A stretch of 64,000 bases of DNA from an uncultured Planctomycetota bacterium (GCA_963845755.1 CAWJTV010000028.1:1-64000), one strand, 5' to 3'; positions 20,731 through 31,470 are shown, numbered from the stretch's first letter. Numbers and translations: made by a program. Notes: generated by a model not told the origin, from the sequence alone.

Positions 20731-22028
20731 CGGATGGTCTCTCCTTCAACGAGGATTCCGGCCGCCCGCTCGGCGGCCTCACGGGTCAAACCGGCGTCGA
20801 ACTCCAGGATCGCCGCCCGTTCCTGACGGTCGTGCTCGTCGGGGATCTCGGTGGTCGGCGTCAGCCGATCGTTCCAGTAGCCCCGAATGCGTTCGCGACC
20901 GCGACGATGGACGTCGGTCCAATCCTTGTCGGGTTCGGGGGGCCGGGCCCGGACCGCCTGGGGGTCCCACGAGGTCGCGGCGCGGTCGCCGGCCGGGTCG
21001 GCGTCGTGCGCGGCGAAGATCGGCAGAGCGGCGAGGAACGTCCAGCGCACGTCCGGGTCCGGACGCGACGACGCCGAGCCCAGCGTGACCACGGCCGCGC
21101 GCTCGCCCAGCTCCTGGCCGAGCAGGAGCGCGTCCAGTTCCCCCTCCACGAGGATCAGCGGAGCACCCGGCCGGACCATCTCCAGCGAGGGATAGACCCG
21201 CGGCCCGTCGCGGAACGCCTCGATGTACTTCGGCTTCCGATTCGCGGGCTGACGGATCTTCACCATCGCCAGCCGATCGCCGTCGAACCAGGGCACGATC
21301 AGGCCACTGGCCCGGAAACAGCGGATCTCGCTCCGCGACGGAATCGTCACTCCGGGCGTCCAGCCGAGCCGCGCGGCCCGGATGGTCTCCCCGGTCAAGC
21401 CCCGCAGGTGCAGCGCCCGTCGAAACGGTAATCCCTCCGGCGACCAGAGCCGCTCCTGGCCCCGCGTCACCAGGGCCATGGCATCCGCCCGGTCCAGGCC
21501 CTGAGGAGTGACCGGCGACGCGAGGCGAGTGACGGGCCGCGCCTGGCGGATGCCGGCCGAAGGCGGGGCGCCCGGATCACATTTTCCCGACGGCCGCCAC
21601 TCGCCACTCGCGACTCGTGGATGACCGATCCCCCATTCCGAGGCCAGGCGACGGACCGCCTGGGGAAAGGTCACGTTCTGGATCTTCATCAACAGAGCGG
21701 CGGCATCGCCGCGGGCGCCGCAGCCGAAGCAACGCCACTCCGAGCGGCCCGGAGTCACGCAGAACGACGGGTTCCGGTCCGAGTGGAACGGACACAGCCA
21801 CCACTGCCGGCCCGACCCGCCGGTCTTCCGGGCGTGGCCCAGCAGGCCAGTGACCACGCGGGTCAGGTCGATCCGCGATTTCATCGCAGGCCAGTCGAGC
21901 TGATCCTGCCGGGGACGGCGACGGCCCTGTAGATTCTCAGCCCGGCCGAAGGTTCCCTCTCTCCGGTGGTGAGAATCTACGGCGTCTCGTGAGTATCTAC
22001 GGTCGGACGAATCACGCGGTGCGTTCAT
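20727..22028 (-). CDS. DnaG-like primase, CHC2 zinc finger plus TOPRIM, mobile-element type
   Basis: CPFHSDRNPSF...CFGC, ILVEGELDALL, AHDADPAG, KDWTD, C-terminal ERAAILEFDAGLTREAAE. Exact start uncertain. Confidence 0.88.
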   Translation of the reverse strand: MNAPRDSSDRRYSRDAVDSHHRREGTFGRAENLQGRRRPRQDQLDWPAMKSRIDLTRVVTGLLGHARKTGGSGRQWWLCPFHSDRNPSFCVTPGRSEWRCFGCGARGDAAALLMKIQNVTFPQAVRRLASEWGIGHPRVASGEWRPSGKCDPGAPPSAGIRQARPVTRLASPVTPQGLDRADAMALVTRGQERLWSPEGLPFRRALHLRGLTGETIRAARLGWTPGVTIPSRSEIRCFRASGLIVPWFDGDRLAMVKIRQPANRKPKYIEAFRDGPRVYPSLEMVRPGAPLILVEGELDALLLGQELGERAAVVTLGSASSRPDPDVRWTFLAALPIFAAHDADPAGDRAATSWDPQAVRARPPEPDKDWTDVHRRGRERIRGYWNDRLTPTTEIPDEHDRQERAAILEFDAGLTREAAERAAGILVEGETIR

Positions 22029-22186
22029 GGGGAGACTCCCAGAGACTTATTTTCTTTTCTTTCTTTCTGTTCGAATGGGAATACGGCCGATGAAGACGCG
22101 GAGTGTCCGCACCGTAGATACTCACCTCGCCCGTAGATACCCAGCTCCCAGAGTGGGGATCTACGGCGTCCGGTTGGAATCTACGG
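21927..22186. other. iteron-like repeat cluster / putative replication origin
   Basis: Seven copies of CCGTAGATWCYCA in both orientations around a T-rich tract at 22047-22071. Confidence 0.7.
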
Positions 22187-23645
22187 TCAGTCCCTGGTTG
22201 CCGGGCTTCTCCACGGCGAGGCTCCAGATCCATCGGGCGTCCTGGGCAAAGCCTTCCCGGACCGAGTGGACGCCCAGGACTTCCTTGGCCCGGTGCAGTG
22301 TCGTCTTGCTGATCCCGCAATTCCGGGCGCCGTCCAGGATGTCCTTGGCGGAAACGGGCCCGGCCGCCAGGACTTCACGAAGCCACTTCTGGGCCTCGCT
22401 GCGCTCGGCGGCCACGCGTCGATCCTGCCCGGCCTCGACCTCGTCGGCGAGGGCCTGGTCAACCGTGATGGCGACCGGCTCGTCGAGGAACGCGACGCGG
22501 GGGCCGTCCTCGACCTCCTCGATGGTGTAGGCCAGGGTCGGGGCGGGCGGGGCGAGGTTGCCGCCGTTGTCGCAGAACAGCACCCGGCGGCCGGTCGGAT
22601 CGGTCCGATCGCGGATGAACAGGAAGTTGGCGCGGCAGGTGCCGACGTAGGCGATCGACCCCATCACCCGATACTTGCCATTGGTCCCACTCCCCTTGCT
22701 GAGGTGGTTGACCAGCACGACCGCGACGCCCAGCCGTTCGGCCATGGCCTTCAGGGGGGCGAGCACCGCGCGGAGATCGGCGTTGCGGTGGTCGTCGGTG
22801 CCGCCGAGATACGCGGAGACCGGGTCCACCACGATCAGCCGGCACTCGCCGGACCGCGTCAACTCGCCTTCGAGGACCGCCAGGTCGTGCTCCAGCAAGG
22901 TGGGCAGTCGCTCGAACGAGGAAATCGCCGGGGAAGGACTTCCCTGCGCAGCCGGGACGCCCGGCACGACGATCGATGTGAACAGGTGGATGCGGCTCAG
23001 ATCGGCCCCGGCGGCCCGGAGCCTGGGGACGATCGTCCGGCCGGGGTCATCCTCGGCCGAGAGCAGCCAGACCCGGCCCGGTCGCGACGGCGGCCGATCG
23101 CCGGGCAGCGGTGCGCCTCGAGAGACGGCTGCGGCCATCGCCAGAGTGACCAGGCTCTTGCCCAGCTTGGGGTCACCCGAGAGCATCGTCAGCATGCCCA
23201 GCGGGATGCGGTGATTCCAGAGCCATTCGACCGGTTGGGACGGCAACTCGCTGGCGACGATCACCCGTGCCTCCGGGCCCGTCCGCACCAGAGCCGTCCG
23301 CTGGGATTCACCCGGTCCCCGCGACGGCGGCGCCTGGTCCAGGTGGATCACCGCCTGCTTGATCCCTTCGGCCGTCGCGACGTCCTGCCCGCCGAGCCAC
23401 TCGGCGAGGATCGCCTCGCGATCCGCCAGCGGAGTCGCGAGGACCAGCGACGCGATCGGACCGAATTCCTGGGAAACGTCCGTCAGCTCGACCTGGGCCA
23501 CGGGGAGACCCGTCCTCAGCCGTCCCAGCAGCCGGGCGTCTCGGGGCGTGAACCAGATGGGACACAACGTGTTGCCGACGCGCTTCATCCCCGCCGGGAC
23601 ACTCCCTCCCCCCGCACTGGCCTCCGTTACGGAAATGGCTGGCAT
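22161..23645 (-). CDS. AAA_25 / RepA-like RecA-fold replicative helicase with C-terminal winged helix
   Basis: VEWLW, Walker A GDPKLGKS, SAEDD, Walker B LIVVDP, VLVNHLSK, GS, and C-terminal GISKTTLHRAK. GGGAGA RBS. Confidence 0.88.
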   Translation of the reverse strand: MPAISVTEASAGGGSVPAGMKRVGNTLCPIWFTPRDARLLGRLRTGLPVAQVELTDVSQEFGPIASLVLATPLADREAILAEWLGGQDVATAEGIKQAVIHLDQAPPSRGPGESQRTALVRTGPEARVIVASELPSQPVEWLWNHRIPLGMLTMLSGDPKLGKSLVTLAMAAAVSRGAPLPGDRPPSRPGRVWLLSAEDDPGRTIVPRLRAAGADLSRIHLFTSIVVPGVPAAQGSPSPAISSFERLPTLLEHDLAVLEGELTRSGECRLIVVDPVSAYLGGTDDHRNADLRAVLAPLKAMAERLGVAVVLVNHLSKGSGTNGKYRVMGSIAYVGTCRANFLFIRDRTDPTGRRVLFCDNGGNLAPPAPTLAYTIEEVEDGPRVAFLDEPVAITVDQALADEVEAGQDRRVAAERSEAQKWLREVLAAGPVSAKDILDGARNCGISKTTLHRAKEVLGVHSVREGFAQDARWIWSLAVEKPGNQGLTVDSNRTP

Positions 23646-23822
23646 GGACTTGTTTCTCCCGGATCAGGGTGATCCCTAGGTGCGTGGACTTCTCGACAGA
23701 TCGCACCCAAGGATTAGCCAACCCTCCCGGTGCGACTCGCGTAATCTGTACCCCACACCCATATGATCCGCAGCAAGCCCGTTCCAGTTGCATAAATTTT
23801 GGCAGATGGGTCATTTTTCCGG

Positions 23823-24221
23823 TCAGTCGGCGGGTTCGACGCCCATCACCTCCCGGAAGACATGGACCTTCTCTACCAACTCCGGGAGGCTCAGAGGAAT
23901 CCGGCGACCACGATCCCAGTCATCGTGGTCGAGCGTACCCATCACCAGGTATTCCGGGCGAATCTTCGCCGGATGCTGCGCGAAGAGGATGGAGAGTTGC
24001 TCTTCCACTTCATCCTGCTGAGCGATGATCAGGTCGCACTGCGCACAGTAACGGCAGGTCTTGTTGATGGCCACCGGGTTCTGGGGCTCGACGTGGATCA
24101 CCAGTGGGAACTTCCGTTCCTCCGTGCGGCCATCGCATTCCGGACAGTCGTCGAACCGCTCTTCGGCGTACGGATTGAGGATGAAGCGGTGTCGGCGCGG
24201 TTTCTTCCCGATCGGGGTCAT
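23823..24221 (-). CDS. hypothetical zinc-ribbon protein
   Basis: AGGAGAAGG RBS. CPEC...CRYCAQC, FILNPY, YLVMGT. Confidence 0.75.
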   Translation of the reverse strand: MTPIGKKPRRHRFILNPYAEERFDDCPECDGRTEERKFPLVIHVEPQNPVAINKTCRYCAQCDLIIAQQDEVEEQLSILFAQHPAKIRPEYLVMGTLDHDDWDRGRRIPLSLPELVEKVHVFREVMGVEPAD

Positions 24222-24428
24222 GGATGTGCCTTCTCCTGGGGGAATGTCGTCAAGGCCCGTTTCAAGTCTTCCGGAAGGGGAAGCCGAACGACCTGCCGCG
24301 GCCACAATTCCAAGGGCGGCGCTGCAATAAGGCTCTTCGGCAATCGGACCGCACGGAAATCGTCGTGCAAGTCGTGTCGCTGGCCGCAGTGCAAGGCATC
24401 GCTCGAGATTCGCAACGCGGGACCCCAT

Positions 24429-24785
24429 TCAGAGATACCCGCGTTCCTCGCCCCAGCGGAGCCACGCCTCGGCCATTCGGTCGATCTTGCCGCGGTCCGA
24501 TGGTGGGACCGGATCAGCACCCGTGAGCACACGGAGCGCCGCGATCCAGTGGTTGGGGCGCTCTTTGAGTTCGCGAAGCAGGAGGGGCACGACGTTCTGG
24601 CCTGACGCGATGATCCGCTGATAGGCGGGGTGTTGGACGCGCCGTGTCGTGGAGGAGAGGTGAGCCACCGCGGACCGCCATTCCGCCGACGACGTGCGGA
24701 ATACCTCCTCCAGATCAGCCGCGGGTGTGACCTTCTCCCACTTGTTGAACTCCGGCACCGGAGGATGAACGATCTTGCTCGACAT
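24429..24785 (-). CDS. small alpha-helical hypothetical protein
   Basis: HPAYQRII..G..VVPLLLREL..RPNHWIAAL..LTGADP...AWLRWG, a pattern typical of a real conserved family. Confidence 0.75.
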   Translation of the reverse strand: MSSKIVHPPVPEFNKWEKVTPAADLEEVFRTSSAEWRSAVAHLSSTTRRVQHPAYQRIIASGQNVVPLLLRELKERPNHWIAALRVLTGADPVPPSDRGKIDRMAEAWLRWGEERGYL

Positions 24786-24899
24786 GAATGCGACACCGGC
24801 TCCGAGGTCCTGGCTCCGCGCCTTGGGTCAATTCTCCCCGATCACCCCCTCTGCGGCAAGATCGGGATCGCAAACCCAAAGGTAGGTCTTGCCCGCGCG

Positions 24900-26004
24900 T
24901 CATTCCGACTTAACCGCCAGGTCATGCAGGAATTCGAGGGCCTCATCCAACTCGCAGACGAACGCGCCGCGGACCCGGCCGTTGCGATCGAGCTCGCTCA
25001 GGAGCATCAGGTCGTCGTAATACTCCGAGTCCTGGAGTCGGGCTCGGGCCTTGACTCCGAGGGTGCCGGTCCGGAGGGCGTGGGCGTCCATGTGGTGCTC
25101 GATCAGCCAGGCAGTGCGCTCGGTGATCGAGCCTTCGAGCGCCTGCAAGGCCGCTTCGACGTGGTCGGACGGGTCGATCGCCTTGCCCACGTCGTGCAAG
25201 AGAGCCGCGAGCAGGAATTCCTCGTCATACGGCCGGGCCTCGCGCCAGCTCGAAGACCTGGAGGCTGTGATAGAGCGCATCCCCTTCCGGGTGATACTTG
25301 GCGCTCTGCTTCACCCCTTCCAGCGGCTCCAGCAGCATCCGGAAGAGCAGGAACGGGTCGAGCCGGTCCTCCAGGCTCTCCACCTCGGCCTCCAGGTCGA
25401 TCTCGGGGTACTCCTCGCGGAGCAGGGCCTCCAGCTCGGCGATCGACGCCCGCTCGATCGCCTTGCCGGTGATCGAGCTCTTGAAGACGTAGCTCAGCTT
25501 GTCCTCGGGATAGAGCGTCAGCTCGAAGTTATTCTCGTCGTAAACGTGGATGTGCGTGAAGGTCCGTTCCTCGCCGTGCTTGACGATCCGCTTGTGCTCG
25601 ACGTCATACTGGACCGCCAGGTCGTCGAGGGTGTTGGTCACCAGGGTCTGGCTGTCGCAGAAGATGTGGATGTCGATGTCGGAGCCCTTGCGGACATGGC
25701 CGGTCCGGACGCTGCCGATCAGCCGGGGCCGGAACCGGGCCAGCAGGCGCATCAGCCGCAGGGCGTCGATCCGCATGTCGCGCAAGGTTTCCAGGCGCCG
25801 GGGACCCTCGTGCATCCGGGCCATCGCCTGGATCTGGTCGCGGATCTCCTTGTTGCTGGGCAGGTCGCCGGGCCGGTGGCGATACTCGACGCCAAGCTGG
25901 CGCGCGGCCTTGCGCTTGGCGGTGAAGTACTCGGTCTCGGTGCGATGATACATCATCTGGGCCGCCAGAAACGCGATCTGGCGACGCAAGCGTTCATCAG
26001 CCAT
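24900..26004 (-). CDS. nucleotidyltransferase-HD phosphohydrolase fusion (indel ~25245)
   Basis: LIGSV..G...GSDIDIH (Pol-beta NTase motif), HPEGDALYHS, and LLAALLHDVGK and HHM in the second frame. Confidence 0.85.
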
Positions 26005-26052
26005 GGGGGGAAGTGCGCCGATTTGAGCCCATCGAAGCGGCGCCGGGCGATC

Positions 26053-26111
26053 GGAGGTCGAGCGTTCCAGCCCGACGTCCGCGGGGAGTCAGGCAGGAAC
26101 GCCCGACCTCC
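26053..26111. repeat. REP doublet
   Basis: GGAGGTCGAGCGTTCCAGCCCGAC ... GTCAGGCAGGAACGCCCGACCTCC, an imperfect inverted pair. Confidence 0.75.
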
Positions 26112-26224
26112 ATCAAACCATATCCCCCGCCGCCAGGATGGTCAAGACGAGGGCGACTCGACGATCTGGGCCATGGCCCACCCGGAAACGACCTGTTACG
26201 ATAACGCGTGTGGGGGATTGGAAA

Positions 26225-26297
26225 GATGAGGAATGACGGATGAGTCAGAACCAGGCCGATCTTGATTCATCCTTCATCCTTCATCCTTCATCCTTCC
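26225..26297. repeat. (GGATGAA)n-core-(TTCATCC)n heptamer element, inverted relative to 20281
   Basis: GGATGAGTCAGAA ccaggccgat CTTGATTCATCC(TTCATCC)3. Confidence 0.8.
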
Positions 26298-26316
26298 GAA
26301 AGAAGGGACTCCTGCC

Positions 26317-29300
26317 GTGACGGGAGATCGCGCCGACCGCGAGCTGCTGTTCGAGGCCCTGGCCGTGCACCTGGGCTTCCTCGGGCAAGACACGCACCGC
26401 GACCTGAACCGGGCCCGGCGGGACGATGCCGCGCTCGGGGCGCGCCCGATCGGCCAGGTCCTGGTCGAGGGCGCCGTGCTGACCGGCGATCAGCGCGCGT
26501 TCCTGGACATGGCCGTCGGCGGCCTGCTGGATCGCCACCAGGGCGACCTCGGCCGCTGCCTCGATGCCCTGAGCGGATTCGCCCCGCTCCGCCACGACCT
26601 GGAGCGCCGTCGTGCGCGTGCCGCCGCGGTCCTGGGGGCGAGCACCAATCCGACGCTTCCGTCGATCCCCATCGACGATCGCAGCGGGTCCGGACCCGAC
26701 GCCGGGGACGACGATTCGTTCCTGCCCGGCGCGTCCGACCTCCTGGCCGGTGACGGGCCGGCCGGTCCGCGGGTCGAATGGACGCTCGGGGGCTCGACCT
26801 CCGAAGGCGTCCGCTTCCGGATCCTCCGGCCCCACGCCCAGGGCGGCATCGGCAAGGTCTCGGTCGCGCTCGACGCCGAGCTCCAGCGCGAGGTGGCGTT
26901 GAAGCAGATCAAACCCGAGCGCGCCGACGATACCGAGAGCCGCGCCCGGTTCCTGCTGGAAGCCGAGGTCACCGGCCGGCTGGAGCATCCCGGGATCGTG
27001 CCGGTCTATGGCCTGGGGATCGACGAGAGCGGCCGGCCGTTCTATGCCATGCGGTTCGTCCGCGGGATCAGCTTCGAGGAGGCGATCCGCCAGTTCCACC
27101 AGGCCGACGACCAACCGCGCCGCGATCCCCAGGAACGGATGAGGGGGTTGCGGCACCTCCTCGACCGATTCGTCGACATCTGCCAGACGGTCGCCTATGC
27201 CCACAGCCGGGGCGTGCTCCATCGCGACCTGAAGCCGGCGAACGTCCTGCTCGGGCCGTTCAACGAGTCGCTGGTGGTCGACTGGGGCCTGGCGAAGGTC
27301 TTCGCCCGCGCGCCGGGCGAGCCGCCCGGTCCGGATCCCGACGCCGAGCCGGGCCCCGAGTCGCGCGCGAAGTTGGCTCCCGACGCGGAGGGCACCGAGG
27401 CCCTGGGAGCGGAGAACGGCGAGTCGAGTCCGGAGACGCCCCCGCCGATCGGGTTGTCCAGCTCGACCGAGACGGCGGCCGGCACGGCGTTCGGCACGCC
27501 GGCCTACATGAGCCCCGAACAGGCCGAGGGCCGGGTCAATCAACTCGGGCCCGCGAGCGACGTGTATAGCCTGGGGGCCATGCTGTATACCCTGCTCAGC
27601 GGCCATGCCCCGTTCGAGTATGTCTGGTGCGACGTGACCGCGCTGCTCGATCGGGTCCGGCTCGGCGAGTTCCCGCCGCCGCGTCAGGTGAACCCGCGCG
27701 TCCCCCGGGCGCTGGAGGCCGTCTGCCTCAAGGCGATGGCCCAGCAGTCCGGCGACCGGTACGCCTCGGCCTCCGGGCTGGCCGACGAGATCGACCGATG
27801 GCTCTCCGACGACCCGGTCTCCGCCTATCGCGAGCCGGCCCCGGCCCGGCTGGCGCGCTGGGGACGTCGTCACAAGCCGGTCGTCGCCGGCGCGGCAGCC
27901 CTGCTGCTGACGGCGGTCGTCGCCCTGTCGGCGGGGGTCATCCTGGTCGGCCGCGAGCAGCAGCGAACCGAGCAGCAGCGCCGCCTGGCCGACGAGCAGC
28001 GTGTGGTCGCGCTCTCCAAGTCGATCGAGGCGACCCAGAAGGCCGATCAGCTCCGCCTTCGCGACGCGATCAGCCGGGTGAATCTCGCCTGCCGCGAGTA
28101 CCTCGACGACAACGTGGCGCTGGCCGACCGACTGCTCGAGGGCTGCCCGACGGACCTCCGCTCCTGGGAGTGGTCCTACGCCCATCGGCTGGGGCACTCG
28201 GAACTGCGGACCTGGACCGGGTCCAGCGGCGGCCGGGACGTCTGGTGCGTGGCCTTCTCGCCCGACGGCAGCCGGATCGCCGCCGGGAGCGGCCCGTGGT
28301 TCCAGGTGCGCGACCGACCGGACCGGCGAGCTGGTCGTCCGCGAGATCAGAAGCAGTGCGGAGGTTTTCGCGATCCGAGGACTGACGGGCGCAGTCCAGG
28401 CCGTGGCGTACGCGCCCGACGGGCGCTCGATCGCGGCGGCCCATGGATTCGAGGGCCAGGAGCAGGGCTCCGTCCTGATGCTACTCGATGCCGAGAGCGG
28501 CAAGCCGATCTGGCAGGCCAGCGAGCGGAACATCCACGTCCTGGGCCTCGCCTTCGCACCGGATGGACTCACGATCGCCGCGGGTTGCGGCCATTTCAAC
28601 TCGTACAACTCGGCCGGTTTCGCCCGGCTCCGCGATGCGCGGCACGGGTGCGATTCGCGGCCAGCCGATCCCCGGCGCATCCCGGCGGCGTCCTGAGCGT
28701 CTCGTACGCGCCGGATGGCCGTCAGATCGCGCTGGCCAGCCGGGACGTCGTGGATCTCTGGGACGTGGCCGGCGCGGGTGCGTCCCTGATCCACCAACTG
28801 CGGGGGCACGTCAACTTCGTGTACGCCGTCGCGTTCAGTCCCGACGGCCGACGATTGGCCACCGGCGGCTGGGACAAGACGATCCAGATCTGGGACCGGG
28901 CGACGGGCAAGCGCCTCGACACGCTCAACGGTCACCGCGGCTTCGTCCGCAGCCTGGCCTTCTCGTCCGACGGGAGCCAGCTCGTCTCCGGGAGCGAGGA
29001 CAAGAGCGTGCGCCGATGGGACCTGGCCGGCAACGGGGGCGACGCCGCCTTCCACGGACACGACGGCTTCGTGCACGGCGTCGCCTTCAGCCCGGACGGG
29101 GCGCTTGCGGCCTCGGGCAGCCAGGACGGCACGGTCAAGCTCTGGCCGGCGGCGGCGCCCGACTCCCAGGTGACGTTCCGCAACAGTGCGGGCTGGGTCG
29201 GCACCCTGGCCTTCGCACCGGACGGGCGCCGGATCGCCTCGGCACACGATGGGAGCGTCCGGATCTGGGACCCGCGCACCGGCGAGGAGCTGCACCGGCT

Positions 29301-30659
29301 CATCGCCCCGCGTGGGCTGCTGGCCCGGATCGCGCTGGCGTTCGCGCCGGATGGCGCCAGCCTCGTCGCCAGCGGGCCCGGCGGCGCGCTCAACCTGTGG
29401 GATACGAAGAGCTGGGAGCGCCGACCGCTGGAGGGGCACCACACGCCGGCCAACGACGCCGCCTTCAGTCGCACCGGGTCCACTCTGGCCACGTCGCACG
29501 ACGACGGCACTGATTCAACTCTGGGACGTCGCCCGGCGGCACGATCGTCCGCACGCTCCCCGGCCACGCCGGCGGCGCCAAGGCCGTGGCCTTCGCCTTC
29601 GACGGAAATCGCCTCGCCTCGGCCGGAGAGGACAAGACGGTCCGGGTCTGGGACGTCGCGACCGGCGAACCGCGGGCCGCGCTGACCGGTCACATCACCG
29701 GCATCCAGGACATCGCCTTCGCGCCCGACGGATTCCACATCACGTCCGTCGGCGGCGAATATCATGGTGCGACGCCGGCCGAGGTCAAGGTCTGGAACTG
29801 GCCGAGCGGCCGGCAGGTGGGCGAGTTCGGCGGGCATACCAGCCTGGTCACCGCCGTCGCCTACTTCCCGGACGGCCGACGACTCGCGACCGCCAGCGAC
29901 GATCGGACGATCAAGATCTGGGACGTCGCGACCCGCGACGATGTGCTGACGCTCCGCGGCCACACCAGCGGCGTCGTCAGCCTGGCGATCAGCGGCGATG
30001 GCCGGCAGGTCGCCTCGGGGAGCATCGACTACACGGCCCGGATCTGGACGATCGATTCGCCCGACGGCCACACCGACTTCGCGCCGGCGATCCGTCGCGC
30101 AGCCGTCGAACGAGTCCAGTCCCTGTTCGCGAAGCACCTGCTCCAGGACGAGGTCCTGAAGGTCCTGCGGGCCGATCGGACGCTCAGCCCGCAGCTCCGG
30201 GCCGCGGCGATCGCGATCGCGGAACATCGCGCCGAGAACGCGTCCCGGCTGTACGAAGTCGCGCGGCTGACCATCGTCCGCCCGTCCGGCCGCCCGGAAG
30301 ACTATGCCCTGGCGTTGCGGCAGCTCGAAGCGGCGTGCCGCGTCGTCCGCGACGACCCGGCGCGGCTCTCCGACTATCGGCACGCGCTGGCCCTGGCGCG
30401 CTATCGCGCCGATCAGCCCCTGGCTGCGGTGGAGACGCTCAACGCCCTCGCAACCGCCGCCCCCGGACGGAGCCCCGAGCCGCTGGATCTCGCCGTCATC
30501 GCCATGGCCAGCCATCGCCTCGGACGCGCCAAGGAGGCGCACGATGCCCTCGACCAGCTCCGATCTCTGCTCAAGGCCGGCCGATGGGCCGACGATCCGG
30601 AGGCGCTCGGATTCCTCCAGGAAGCCGAGCGCGTCGTCGGTGCCGCGCCCAAACCGTAG
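26317..30659 (+). CDS. Ser/Thr protein kinase with WD40 repeats and TPR-like tail (indels ~28320, ~28645, ~29510)
   Basis: GGIGKV, VALKQ, LEHPGIV, HRDLKPAN, DWGLAK, GTPAYMSPEQ, a TM helix, and many GH...AFSPDG...WD units across frames. Confidence 0.93.
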
Positions 30660-30813
30660 GTGCCCCGATCCGACCTCCGGGACGAAGCGGTCTCCACACG
30701 CCTCGCGAAGATTGCCCCTCGGCACGATGTGCTAGCGCCATGCGTCACGAATGGCAATGATGCACGTTAGTTGTGAGCCGATCGAGAGCGGAATTTCGAA
30801 GGAGTCTCGTTCG

Positions 30814-31470
30814 ATGCCTCAGCGAGTCCAGCACGCGGTGATGCGTGAGGAACACGCACCGAAGTTCGGCGTGGGGTTGCTCTCCCTCGTCCTCCTGGGG
30901 ACGACGGTTGCGGGAGCTTCCTCATTCGCCTCGCAGGACGTCACGCCAGACGCGATGGCCACAATTACGCTCGGCAACGTCCCCAAATCGTCCAATACCA
31001 GCGAGTTAGACAAACTGGGCGGTCGCGAATCGACGATCGGCGGCGCCGCCTCGTCGGCGAATCCGGGGAGCCCCGAGATTCTCGAGGCCACGCTACCGAC
31101 CGCAACGCCTCACCCCATCAATACAAAAGCGTTCGCGGATTTCCCGATCGTCCCCACGCAAGACACCCGGACGACCGCCGACGGACGGGAGGTCGCGCGA
31201 TCGCAGAGCAAGATGTTTCCGCTCAACCAGATCTTGCGCCTGATCTTTTTCGGGACATTGTTTTCCCTCGTGATGTGGCGATTGAAACCGCGTTCGAAAA
31301 CCTTGACGGGCCTCATCGGCCGGTCCGAGGAATCATCACGAAAGCTAACGCGCGCGGAGTCCTCGAAGCGGCCATCGGATGCGCCCGCGTTGATAAAAAA
31401 CAGCCGCGAGCAGGCGTCAGCAAGGGGTCGCAACGCTCGCCTGCGCACGGATTTTGACCGGAGGGATTGA
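30814..31470 (+). CDS. hypothetical exported/membrane protein
   Basis: AAGGAG RBS. N-terminal hydrophobic stretch, second TM (ILRLIFFGTLFSLVMW) and basic tail. Confidence 0.55.
   Translation: MPQRVQHAVMREEHAPKFGVGLLSLVLLGTTVAGASSFASQDVTPDAMATITLGNVPKSSNTSELDKLGGRESTIGGAASSANPGSPEILEATLPTATPHPINTKAFADFPIVPTQDTRTTADGREVARSQSKMFPLNQILRLIFFGTLFSLVMWRLKPRSKTLTGLIGRSEESSRKLTRAESSKRPSDAPALIKNSREQASARGRNARLRTDFDRRD

Noticed and set aside
20359..23645. Intact prophage or ICE
   Set aside because: No integrase, structural, packaging or conjugation genes and no att-type direct repeats were found. Reported only as a replication module.
26281..29499. 1072-aa minus-strand ORF and similar long antisense ORFs (e.g. 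8176..10578, 4857..6470, 28932..30725)
   Set aside because: Shadow ORFs opposite well-supported genes in high-GC DNA. Arg/Gly/Pro-rich with no motifs.
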